DNA from: Alphaproteobacteria bacterium
Lineage (GTDB): Bacteria > Pseudomonadota > Alphaproteobacteria > Micavibrionales > UBA2020
Assembly (NCBI GenBank): GCA_025934695.1
Contig: JAICWS010000001.1
Location: 151,301-215,300 of the forward strand
Direction of reading: 5' to 3'
Length of the DNA: 64,000 nucleotides
Part shown: positions 27,340-35,153 of the stretch, piece after piece
How positions within the stretch are numbered: position 1 is the first letter of the stretch
Layout: every line of letters begins with the position of its first letter
Translations under genes and position numbers: made by a program
The notes under the pieces: model-generated
The model's input: only the letters and a program-made list of their open reading frames with translations
What the model was told of the DNA's origin: nothing
Database searches by the model: none

Positions 27340-28170
27340 TTACTTCGGCTTATACCCCGGGTCGATGCCTTGGTCGTTGCGCAGAATATTCTTGACGTGA
27401 TACGGGTCGGTGCGCTGGTCGAAGGCGTGGTTGTAGACCACTTCCTGGAAGAAATGGCGCAGACCCTTGTAATAGTCGATGTCGATTTCCGCGACCCAAT
27501 GGTTGTCGTTGTCATGTGACAAGGTGATATCGAGATTGCCCTTGCGGTCGTAAGTCTTGTAGCTGCCGTATTTCCTGAAACCGCCGTGGCCATGATGCAG
27601 GCTGGAATCCATCTTGCCGCGGTGGTTGAAGACGTGGTCGTTGACACTGGCGTCCATCGCGGACGCGAGGCCGCTGTCGGCGTTCGCGAAGATGCGGTCC
27701 TGGTCGATTTCGCGCAAGCTTTGCAAATGGTCGAGCACGCTCGTCCCGTCAGTCAGTTTCGTCGCCGCGGATTTTGCGAAAAGATTGAGGGCGTCGGCCT
27801 TGTACCGCGACGGCAGGCTGTTGTAAAAAGCTTCTCCGCTGGCCAGGCCGGCGACCGGCGCGCTCAAGTCGAAAACTTTCCTGTATGATGCGGGAAGTGC
27901 GCTGTAAGCGGGAAACTCCGCCGGATGGTCGCCGATTTTGCGCGCCGCGAGATTGAACTGCTGCATGGCGCTTCCCGTGGTCATGTCCGGCAGCTTGAAT
28001 TCGTAGATGGTCGGCGGATATTGAGACGCCAGCGCGAGATGCGCGGCGAGAAAAACTTTGGCGCCAATCTTCAGCCCCAAGTGGCGCTTTTTTTCCGGCC
28101 GCGCAGGTTCAGCCGCGCATTTTTGCGCGGATAGATCCTTCCTGTGCGTAAGCCAGCTCTTCAGCGACAA
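27340..28170 (-). CDS. hypothetical protein (His-rich motifs HHGHGGF, HDNDNHW)
   Basis: 276-aa ORF starting 8 nt after the pip stop on the same strand. One N-terminal hydrophobic segment. No family recognised. Confidence 0.5.
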   Translation of the reverse strand: MSLKSWLTHRKDLSAQKCAAEPARPEKKRHLGLKIGAKVFLAAHLALASQYPPTIYEFKLPDMTTGSAMQQFNLAARKIGDHPAEFPAYSALPASYRKVFDLSAPVAGLASGEAFYNSLPSRYKADALNLFAKSAATKLTDGTSVLDHLQSLREIDQDRIFANADSGLASAMDASVNDHVFNHRGKMDSSLHHGHGGFRKYGSYKTYDRKGNLDITLSHDNDNHWVAEIDIDYYKGLRHFFQEVVYNHAFDQRTDPYHVKNILRNDQGIDPGYKPK

Positions 28171-28178
28171 GGATTACC

Positions 28179-29231
28179 TCAGGGCTTCGGCGGCTGTAGC
28201 GCCTTGAATGCGGCGACAGGGCCGGTTGCCGTTGCCTTCGGCACTGGCGAGCCGGTGTCGCGGATGCGATCGGTTGCGGCGACGAGCGCCTGCATGTTTT
28301 CGGTCTCGATGGCGGCATGGCCGGAAATCGTCATTTGCAAATGCGCTTCCGGAAAGGCGGCTTTCAGGTCGTGCGCGATCTGCGGCGGGCAGACGATGTC
28401 ATAGCTGCCCTGCACCATGATGGTCGGAATATGCCGGATGCGGTCAATGTTCTGCAGGATGCGGTCATCGGGCGTGAACAGGCAGTTGCGGAAATAATGC
28501 GATTCAATCCGCGCGACGTTCAGCGCATCCTGGTCGCTTTCCACGATGCGCGGGTCGTTATCCGCCGGCTGCTTGAGGTAGCAGCAGACGTTTTCAAACC
28601 GCGCCCAGGCCTGCGCCGCCGGGATGCTGATCTTGTCGTCGCTGCTGGTCAGGCGCTTGTAGAAATTCTCCATGAAGTCCGCACGCTCGTCCTCGGGCAG
28701 GAACTCGCGGATGCGCTTCGCCTCCTCGGGACGGAACAGCTCCGCCGCTTCATAAAACATCTCGATGTCGCGCTTGCGCATCAGGAAGATGCCGCGGAGC
28801 GTAAGCGTCAGGGTGTTTTCAGGATGCTCTTCGGCATAGAGAAGGGCAAGGGTCGAGCCCCAGGAGCCGCCGTAGACATGCCATTTGTCGATGCCGAGAT
28901 GCTGGCGCAGCCTATCGAGGTCGTCGACGAGCAGGTCGGGCGTATTGTCCTTCAGCTCGGCCGAGGGCGTCGATTTTCCCGCGCCGCGCTGGTCGTAAAC
29001 GATGATGTGGAAGGCCTTCGGATCGAAGAAGCGGTGAAAATGCGCGCCGCTGCCGCCGCCCGGCCCGCCGTGCAGATAGACGATCGGAATGCCTTCCGGA
29101 TTGCCGAATTCCTCGTAATGCATCGTATGCGTCGCATCGAGTTTCAGCATGCCGCCGCCGATTTTTTCGCTCGCGGGGTAAAGGTATTGATCTTTCGGAT
29201 CGGAGGAAGGCTTCGCGTCTTGCATGATCAC
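28179..29231 (-). CDS. pip: prolyl aminopeptidase (proline iminopeptidase), tandem copy 1
   Basis: HGGPGGG and the nucleophile elbow GGSWGSTLALLYA. Alpha/beta hydrolase S33 layout. Confidence 0.85.
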   Translation of the reverse strand: MIMQDAKPSSDPKDQYLYPASEKIGGGMLKLDATHTMHYEEFGNPEGIPIVYLHGGPGGGSGAHFHRFFDPKAFHIIVYDQRGAGKSTPSAELKDNTPDLLVDDLDRLRQHLGIDKWHVYGGSWGSTLALLYAEEHPENTLTLTLRGIFLMRKRDIEMFYEAAELFRPEEAKRIREFLPEDERADFMENFYKRLTSSDDKISIPAAQAWARFENVCCYLKQPADNDPRIVESDQDALNVARIESHYFRNCLFTPDDRILQNIDRIRHIPTIMVQGSYDIVCPPQIAHDLKAAFPEAHLQMTISGHAAIETENMQALVAATDRIRDTGSPVPKATATGPVAAFKALQPPKP

Positions 29232-30268
29232 GGTCCTTTGGGCTTAGGGTTATGGGCAGGGGCGGGCGTTACGGTTTTTTTTAGCACCGGCGAGCCTGCG
29301 TCGCGGATGCGGTCGGTCGCGGCGACCAGGCGCTTCATCGTTTCAGGCATGCCGCCGGAATGGCCGGACTGGACGAATTCGAGGCTGCAGTTGTTCAGCT
29401 TTTCCGACAGGTCATAGGCCGACATCGGCGGGCACACGTTGTCATGCCGCCCCTGCACGATCGCGGTCGGAATGTCTTTGATCTTCGCGACGTTCTGCAT
29501 GATGCTGTCATCGGGCATGAAGTTGCGGAAGAAATAGACCTCGACCAGCGCGAAGGGCAGCGCCTTTTGCGGCGGATCGTTGCGGATCTCGTCGGGCGGC
29601 ACGTCCAGAAACGCGCAGCCGTTCTCGAACCGCGTAAAGGCCGCCGCTGCCGGCAGATGCACGGCCGGATCCGGGTCGGTCAGCCGCTGGTAATAGGCCT
29701 CGAGAATATTGTCGCGCTCGGCCTCGGGAATGAAGTCGACGAATTCCTTGTAGACATCGGGATAGAAGGTGCCCTGGCGGTTCACGTACCAGTCGACTTC
29801 CTTGTCGCGCATCATAAAGACGCCGCGCAAGGTCATGCTTTCGACATGCTCCGGGTATTTTTCGGCATAGAGCAGCGCCAGCGTCGAACCCCAGGAGCCG
29901 CCGAACAGGTGCCATTTATCGATGCCGAGGTGCTGGCGCAGTTTCTCGTTGTCCTCGACGAGGATGGCCGGCGTGTTGTTCTCGATGAGGTGCATCGGAT
30001 CGCCGTCTTTTTTGAAAGCCCCCGGCGACGACCGCGGCGCGCCCCGCTGATCGTAGGTGATGATGTGGAACACTTCCGGATCGAAGAAGCGATGGAAGTA
30101 GGGGGCGCAGCCCGCGCCCGGTCCGCCATGCAGATAGACGATCGGAATGCCGCCCTTCTTGCCGTATTCCTGATAGGCGATTGCATGGCCATCGCCGACA
30201 TCCAGCGTGCCTTCATGGAAGGGCTGGCTCGCGGGGTAAAGGATGTCATCCTTCTCGTCGTGCGACAT
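29228..30268 (-). CDS. pip: prolyl aminopeptidase (proline iminopeptidase), tandem copy 2
   Basis: HGGPGAG and GGSWGSTLALLYA. Its stop overlaps the start of copy 1 (ATGA at 29228-29231). Confidence 0.85.
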   Translation of the reverse strand: MSHDEKDDILYPASQPFHEGTLDVGDGHAIAYQEYGKKGGIPIVYLHGGPGAGCAPYFHRFFDPEVFHIITYDQRGAPRSSPGAFKKDGDPMHLIENNTPAILVEDNEKLRQHLGIDKWHLFGGSWGSTLALLYAEKYPEHVESMTLRGVFMMRDKEVDWYVNRQGTFYPDVYKEFVDFIPEAERDNILEAYYQRLTDPDPAVHLPAAAAFTRFENGCAFLDVPPDEIRNDPPQKALPFALVEVYFFRNFMPDDSIMQNVAKIKDIPTAIVQGRHDNVCPPMSAYDLSEKLNNCSLEFVQSGHSGGMPETMKRLVAATDRIRDAGSPVLKKTVTPAPAHNPKPKGP

Positions 30269-30299
30269 TGCTTATGCTCCGGCAGGTGATATGCCGCTA

Positions 30300-30329
30300 G
30301 TCATAGCGGACCGGGAAGCGCTATGTCAA
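30300..30329 (-). promoter_or_regulatory. sigma70-type promoter of the pip operon
   Basis: -35 TTGACA (rc 30324-30329), 18-nt spacer, -10 TATGAC (rc 30300-30305). Confidence 0.4.
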
Positions 30330-30369
30330 TTAGGGGCATGCGCAATAATATTTCCGGAGATCGGGTTGC

Positions 30370-31479
30370 TTACCCGCCCAAGGACGGCTTCTTCTTCGTC
30401 ACCGTTTTGTTCACCCCGGTCATGGATTTGATGAAATCGACTTCCTTCTGGATGTAGGGGGTGCCGTCCTGGCGCAGGATCTCGTGGAACCACAGGGGCG
30501 GCTCGCTCGCATAAGGCTTCTGCCAGGAATCCCAGGGCAGATGCGTCTGCGTGCGGCCCTGCACGAAACCCCAGTTGAAAAGGCCGATGTTGTGTTTCTT
30601 CGCGACCGGCATGATGTCTTCGAAAGTGCTCCCCGCGGGACGCGCCATATATTCGGTGCAGAGCAGGGGGCGGTCATGCTTCATGAGGTATTTCGCGCGG
30701 CGCTCGAAATCCGCAGCCGGCGCATAGTTGTGGAAAGAAATCAGGTCGGATTCCTCCATCTGGACTTTCTGCACGGCATTGACCTTGTCGAGATCATCCC
30801 ATTCGCCGATCCAGACGCCGCTGATGAGCGGCTGGTCCGGGTCTTGCGAGCGCGCCCATTTGAACACGTCGGAGAGCAGGGGCGCCACGAGGTCGATTTT
30901 GTTCTCCGGTTCGAGTTTGCCGTAGCTTGAAGCGTTGGTGTTGTCCGGTTCGTTCCAGACATCCCAGCCCAGCACGCGGCTGTCCTTGCCGAAAGCGCCG
31001 ACCACGCCTTCCACATATTCCTGCAGGCGCTTGCGCTGCGACGGATCCTGCAGTGCCGCGGCACCCGGCCCTTGCACCCAGCGGGAATTATGCACGCCAG
31101 GAACAGGCTCCTGCTGCGGGCCCAGTTTCGGGTTCGGATCCCATACGGAATCGAACAGCACGAGAAGTGGTTTGATGCCGTGCTTCTCCGCGACTGAAAG
31201 GAAAGTGTCGATGCGCGTCTTGAAGCCTTCCGGATCTTCTTCCCACAGGAGGTCATGCAGGAACACGCGCACGGTGTTCATCCCAAGATCGGCGGCCCAG
31301 CCAAGTTCCTTGTCGATCTGCTTGGGATTGAAAGTCGCCGCCTGCCACATTTCGAGCTGATTACTCGCGGTTGCGGGCGCATAGTTGCATCCCACGAGCC
31401 ACGGCTGTTCGGAATACCACTGGTTCGCGTGGGCTTGGGTCCAGCGTGGAGGATTAGCATCCTTCTCGGCGTTTTTCAT
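30370..31479 (-). CDS. clan GH-A (GH5-like) glycoside hydrolase
   Basis: WDVWNEPDN (acid/base NEP) and CTEY (candidate nucleophile Glu), spaced as in TIM-barrel GH5 enzymes. No signal peptide. Confidence 0.6.
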   Translation of the reverse strand: MKNAEKDANPPRWTQAHANQWYSEQPWLVGCNYAPATASNQLEMWQAATFNPKQIDKELGWAADLGMNTVRVFLHDLLWEEDPEGFKTRIDTFLSVAEKHGIKPLLVLFDSVWDPNPKLGPQQEPVPGVHNSRWVQGPGAAALQDPSQRKRLQEYVEGVVGAFGKDSRVLGWDVWNEPDNTNASSYGKLEPENKIDLVAPLLSDVFKWARSQDPDQPLISGVWIGEWDDLDKVNAVQKVQMEESDLISFHNYAPAADFERRAKYLMKHDRPLLCTEYMARPAGSTFEDIMPVAKKHNIGLFNWGFVQGRTQTHLPWDSWQKPYASEPPLWFHEILRQDGTPYIQKEVDFIKSMTGVNKTVTKKKPSLGG

Positions 31480-31501
31480 TTCTTGCTCCTTGGATGTCCC
31501 G

Positions 31502-31530
31502 AGCTTAGGAGAGGGTTTCGTTTATGTCAA
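31502..31530 (-). promoter_or_regulatory. sigma70-type promoter of the GH5-like gene
   Basis: -35 TTGACA (rc 31525-31530), 17-nt spacer, -10 TAAGCT (rc 31502-31507). Confidence 0.45.
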
Positions 31531-31598
31531 CGTCGCCCAAGCCTATTGACTCCGCAGATAAAACGTCCATTATGTCAATCATGCAGCGCAGCAAAAAC

Positions 31599-32084
31599 AT
31601 GAAACAACCGAAAGTTGAGTTGGGAATCAAAGGCGTTCTCGAACCGTTTTGCGAAACGGGAACGGAAGGCATCATCTGGTCGCTGCAGGATGAAAAGCAC
31701 ATTGCGCCGGACGGCTCCTATTCCTATGACGGACTCAACGGCCTCGAGGACGGCGACTTCCTGAAGGTCTTCAATGACGCGGCGCGCAAGAAAGTTATCT
31801 GGCAGGGCGAAATCAAATTGAAATATCCGCCCGCGACGCAGTTCAACCGCGGCGTGCAGGATGGCGTGAACGAGCGCACCTGGACAAAGATGTTCTTCGA
31901 CGAGAAGCCCGGCACGCTCTACAAAAAGAAGGACTGGGTGAAGATCAAGGCGGAGAAGAAAGCGCGGGCTGACGCAAGGGAGGCCGCGCGGCTGAAAAAG
32001 ATCGCCGACACGGAGCGTTCGTGCCTTGAAGGCGTGACGATCAAGCCGATGAAACAGATCCGGCTGAAGCCGGGCCAGCCTTAA
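31599..32084 (+). CDS. hypothetical protein
   Basis: ORF 31524-32084. The upstream part overlaps the divergent promoter, so an internal ATG (31572, 31581 or 31599) is more likely. None has a good SD. Lys-rich C-terminus. Confidence 0.4.
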   Translation: MKQPKVELGIKGVLEPFCETGTEGIIWSLQDEKHIAPDGSYSYDGLNGLEDGDFLKVFNDAARKKVIWQGEIKLKYPPATQFNRGVQDGVNERTWTKMFFDEKPGTLYKKKDWVKIKAEKKARADAREAARLKKIADTERSCLEGVTIKPMKQIRLKPGQP

Positions 32085-33412
32085 GCCGGCTTTACCTTCA
32101 TCTTCAGCAACCGTCCGCCGAACACGGCGCTTTCGTCGGCAGCGCCCCCTCTCTTCTTGAATTCTCCATAGGCCTGCCGCAGCGCTTCGTCGCTGACGGT
32201 GTCGAAGGACTCATGCGGTCCCATCGTTTCGGTTTTCGCCGACAGGTTTTCGGTGAGGGAGAGGCGCTCGCGCGTTTCGAAATTGAAAATTTCCGTGAGG
32301 CGGCGGTTGAGGACCGGAATGACGGTCGAATGGACAATGCTCGCCTTTCCCGACAAAAACCACGTGTCATCATCCCGTGATGCAGGAACAGGCGGCGGGG
32401 GCGAAGCAATCGCTGCCGGGACTGGCTTGACGACCGGTGCCACGGGTTCCGGAGCAATTTCCGGCGGCGGATTTTGCAGCAGTTTCACAACATCAGTCAG
32501 CGCATATTGCTGAGCGTAGGAAAGGGCCGTGCGTCCGCCTGAATCCTTCGCTTCCTTGTCGACGCCCTGCGCGAGCAGGAATGTCACCGTCTCCGTGAGC
32601 CCTTCAGCTGCCTTCGATTCCACCGCCGTGTGCAGCGCTGTCTTAAGCTCGGCGTTGAGTGCCCTGGCTTTAAAACCGTTCACGATCAGGGCCGTCATCA
32701 GCGAGACGTTTCCGTTCCGCGCCGCCGCATGGATCGGGAACTCATCGTCGAGAGGCTTGGCGCCCGCCTTGAGGAGCATCCGGACCATTTCCTCGTCGTT
32801 CAGGGCGCAGGCGCATTGCAGCGGACTCTGACGGAAGACCTTGGGTTCTGACTCCGACCAGCCCCAGAAGCTGGAGCGTCCATGGTCGCGCCGTGTTTCG
32901 ACGCGTGGCACGTTCGGGTCGGCGCCGGCGGCAAGGAGCATGGCCAGGCAGTCCCTGCTTTTGCTTTCCACGGCGGTGTAGAGGGCGGGTTTCCCGCCGG
33001 CGTTGAGGTCCGCGCCTTTGGTATCGAGGAAGATTTTCACGACCCCGGCGCGGTTCGCGGCGATGGCATAGAGCAGGGGCGACATCTTCCGATTATCCTG
33101 CGTGCCGATGTACGAGGCCGCCCCGTTTTCAAGCAGGGTGCGGACAGTCTCGGTGTGGCCGCCCGTCGCGGCGTAATGCAACGCCGTCCTGCTGCTATTG
33201 TCGCTGCACCAGGCCGGCGCCCCGGCTTTCAGCAATTGAGCGACGATGCCGGCATGCCCGTTTTTCGCGGCGAGGAGAAGGGCGTATTCTCCTGTCTTTT
33301 TGTCCTGCGCCCGCGACCAGGTGCGGTCGTCGGCCAGATAGCGGGCGACGGTCTTTTCGTCGCCGCTGGCCGCGGCGTGGAAAAACTTCTTTTGGCTCCA
33401 GAAAATGCCCAT
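32081..33412 (-). CDS. ankyrin-repeat protein (about 8 repeats) with Pro-rich linker and unknown C-terminal domain
   Basis: Multiple TALHYAATGGH..V..LL..GA-type repeats over the first 300 aa or so, then PPPEIAPEPVAPVVKPVP and a 100-aa tail. Confidence 0.85.
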   Translation of the reverse strand: MGIFWSQKKFFHAAASGDEKTVARYLADDRTWSRAQDKKTGEYALLLAAKNGHAGIVAQLLKAGAPAWCSDNSSRTALHYAATGGHTETVRTLLENGAASYIGTQDNRKMSPLLYAIAANRAGVVKIFLDTKGADLNAGGKPALYTAVESKSRDCLAMLLAAGADPNVPRVETRRDHGRSSFWGWSESEPKVFRQSPLQCACALNDEEMVRMLLKAGAKPLDDEFPIHAAARNGNVSLMTALIVNGFKARALNAELKTALHTAVESKAAEGLTETVTFLLAQGVDKEAKDSGGRTALSYAQQYALTDVVKLLQNPPPEIAPEPVAPVVKPVPAAIASPPPPVPASRDDDTWFLSGKASIVHSTVIPVLNRRLTEIFNFETRERLSLTENLSAKTETMGPHESFDTVSDEALRQAYGEFKKRGGAADESAVFGGRLLKMKVKPA

Positions 33413-33514
33413 GGTTTCGCCGGGTTACTCGCTTGAGTTATGGGCGAAAAGGATATGACATAATAATCGCATGGTCAATCCGCAGAATTGCAGTTAAATC
33501 GCGGTTTTATGCTA

Positions 33515-33543
33515 TTGACAGGGGTCTTTATGGGGGATATGAC
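33515..33543 (+). promoter_or_regulatory. sigma70-type promoter
   Basis: TTGACA (33515-33520), 17-nt spacer, TATGAC (33538-33543), 28 nt before ATG 33571. Confidence 0.45.
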
Positions 33544-33570
33544 AATTCATCAGCCCCGAAAGGATCAGTC

Positions 33571-34560
33571 ATGTCTGAAGAGAAAAAGCCGTTATCCGAA
33601 AGATTGCGCGCCGCCCGCGATGAATTCAACGATCTCGCAGCCAAGTCAAAGGCCGCGGCTGGCAAGCTCGATCTCCTGATCACGGAGGCTTTCGCGCAGG
33701 AAAACCGCACCGAGCTCAACAAAGTGCTGGATCAGTTCATTCCGACGGTCGACAAGTCGGCGCTCAAGGGCCACGACATCGTGTTCCTCATCAACAAATC
33801 GACTGACATGGGCGAAGGTTTCTTCAGCCCCATCGGCGCCGCCATCAGCACGGCGACCTCGCTCGCGGCCGCGACCGGCGGCCACGACGTGCGCGTGTCG
33901 GGCCTGCTGTGGGAAGCGGGTAACAGCACGAAAGCGCTGGCGCTCGGAGATTCTGACCGTCTCGAAAAAGCGCGCGAAAAATCCAAGACGACCAATAAGG
34001 AATTGCTGCCGGCCGTCCGCGAAATCATGCTCAACAATACGCCGGACAAACAGGACGGCCGCCAGAAGCACTTCATCGTCGTCTCGACGGGCAGCGTGAC
34101 CGACAACGTCGAGCATTCGGTCGAGATGATCAATACGGCGCTGCGCATGAATCCGCGCATCACCTTCGACTTCGTCACCGTCGGCACGGGCGAGGGGAAC
34201 ATGCAGGATCTCGTCTCGAAGATCGACGCTCCTGAAGCACGCAAGCCCTCGTATCTCCTCGTGTCCAAACACGAAGACCTCAACGGCGCCGTGATGAATA
34301 TCCTCACCGGCCGCTTCAAAGGCGAAGCGCCGAAACCGGTTGAAGCGCCGAAAGTGGTGGAAGCGCCCAAAGCGGAAGCCGCTGCAGTCGTTCCCGAGGC
34401 GCCGAAGCCTGCCGAACAGCAACCGAAAGCGGAAGCGCCGAAGACGGATATCGCGCAGGCTTCCAAAGCAGAAGCGCCTGCCATGGCAGAAGCCGCTCAG
34501 CCTCAGGCTGCTGCTGTGCCCGCCGCTGGCAAGAAGAAGTGGTATCGCTTCGGCCGCTGA
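33571..34560 (+). CDS. coiled-coil + vWA-like protein with degenerate MIDAS and Ala/Pro/Lys-rich tail
   Basis: Paralogous in layout to 56323-57264: VFLINKSTDM vs FFGDGSGSM, LLWEAG vs FLWGDS, KHFIVVSTGSVTD vs PHYIILSDGDVFD, ITFDFVTVG vs IDFIIFS. ATG 33571 follows AAAGGA. Confidence 0.55.
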   Translation: MSEEKKPLSERLRAARDEFNDLAAKSKAAAGKLDLLITEAFAQENRTELNKVLDQFIPTVDKSALKGHDIVFLINKSTDMGEGFFSPIGAAISTATSLAAATGGHDVRVSGLLWEAGNSTKALALGDSDRLEKAREKSKTTNKELLPAVREIMLNNTPDKQDGRQKHFIVVSTGSVTDNVEHSVEMINTALRMNPRITFDFVTVGTGEGNMQDLVSKIDAPEARKPSYLLVSKHEDLNGAVMNILTGRFKGEAPKPVEAPKVVEAPKAEAAAVVPEAPKPAEQQPKAEAPKTDIAQASKAEAPAMAEAAQPQAAAVPAAGKKKWYRFGR

Positions 34561-34617
34561 ATAGAGCGCTTGTTCAGCCGTTTATTCGTGAAAGCTCAAG
34601 TATTGAATCACCGGATC

Positions 34618-34649
34618 AGATTCCGAGTCGTAAAAACGGCTCGGAATCT
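34618..34649 (+). terminator. terminator-like hairpin after the vWA-like gene
   Basis: AGATTCCGAG...CTCGGAATCT forms a perfect 10-bp stem (extendable by 3 bp). Weak T-tail. Confidence 0.4.
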
Positions 34650-34694
34650 TACCGTTGTTAACTTACTGAAATTCCATTGAATTTTCCAAAAAGT

Positions 34695-34722
34695 TTGACG
34701 CCGCGGCTTTGTCTGCTACGCT
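34695..34722 (+). promoter_or_regulatory. sigma70-type promoter inside the AT-rich spacer
   Basis: TTGACG (34695-34700), 16-nt spacer, TACGCT (34717-34722). Confidence 0.4.
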
Positions 34723-34728
34723 GAGACA

Positions 34729-34843
34729 GCATCCAGGAAGGGCGCGGTATAACCAGTGATTTACATAACTTTTTCGCTGATGAATTCAGCAGGAAAAACA
34801 ACCGAAGGAGCCGGACGCTTGCAAACAAGTGCCGGTTTTTTTT
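34729..34843 (+). ncRNA. candidate small RNA or 5' leader/attenuator (about 115 nt)
   Basis: Bounded by the promoter at 34695-34722 and a strong intrinsic terminator at 34811-34843. No credible ORF inside. Confidence 0.35.
34811..34843 (+). terminator. rho-independent terminator
   Basis: CCGGaCGCTT-GCAAAC-AAGTGCCGG (9 bp with one bulge) followed by T8 (34836-34843). Confidence 0.7.
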
Positions 34844-34920
34844 GTCCTTCCAATTCCGATTCGTTTGATATGAATTTTTCACAGTCAGTTAGTAGGAATT
34901 ATTCGCAACTGGCGCAAAAT

Positions 34921-34974
34921 ATTTTGCATAACTTTGCTATCATTTTGCATAAACCGTATTCGTTTTGCCATAAC
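34921..34974 (+). promoter_or_regulatory. three phased direct repeats TTTTGC(C)ATAA
   Basis: ATTTTGCATAAC (34921), ATTTTGCATAAA (34942) and GTTTTGCCATAAC (34962). Spacing of 21 and 20 nt, i.e. two helical turns. Confidence 0.45.
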
Positions 34975-35060
34975 ACTATCACAAGATTTTTTTCAATCTC
35001 GACAATATCGAAAATGCTTGCGCCTCAAAAATATTTTCCGTATGACTTAGACATAATTCA

Positions 35061-35085
35061 TTTTCCGAAAAATATCTTCGGAAAA
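35061..35085. promoter_or_regulatory. palindrome TTTTCCGAA-N7-TTCGGAAAA (operator-like)
   Basis: Perfect 9-bp arms, about 70 nt upstream of ATG 35154. Confidence 0.4.
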
Positions 35086-35153
35086 GAAACGACCGAAAAA
35101 GACTACAACCAAAACCAAAAAACGAACTAGCACAGAAGAAGGAGACTACACAG

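Noticed and set aside
31569-31580. Second TTATGTCAA (TTGACATAA on the minus strand) as a further promoter.
   Set aside because: No acceptable -10 hexamer lies 16-18 nt downstream on either strand.
34756-35130. 124-aa ORF inside the AT-rich spacer.
   Set aside because: It reads straight through an intrinsic terminator and a T8 run. It has no SD and an odd composition. It lies in what looks like regulatory DNA.
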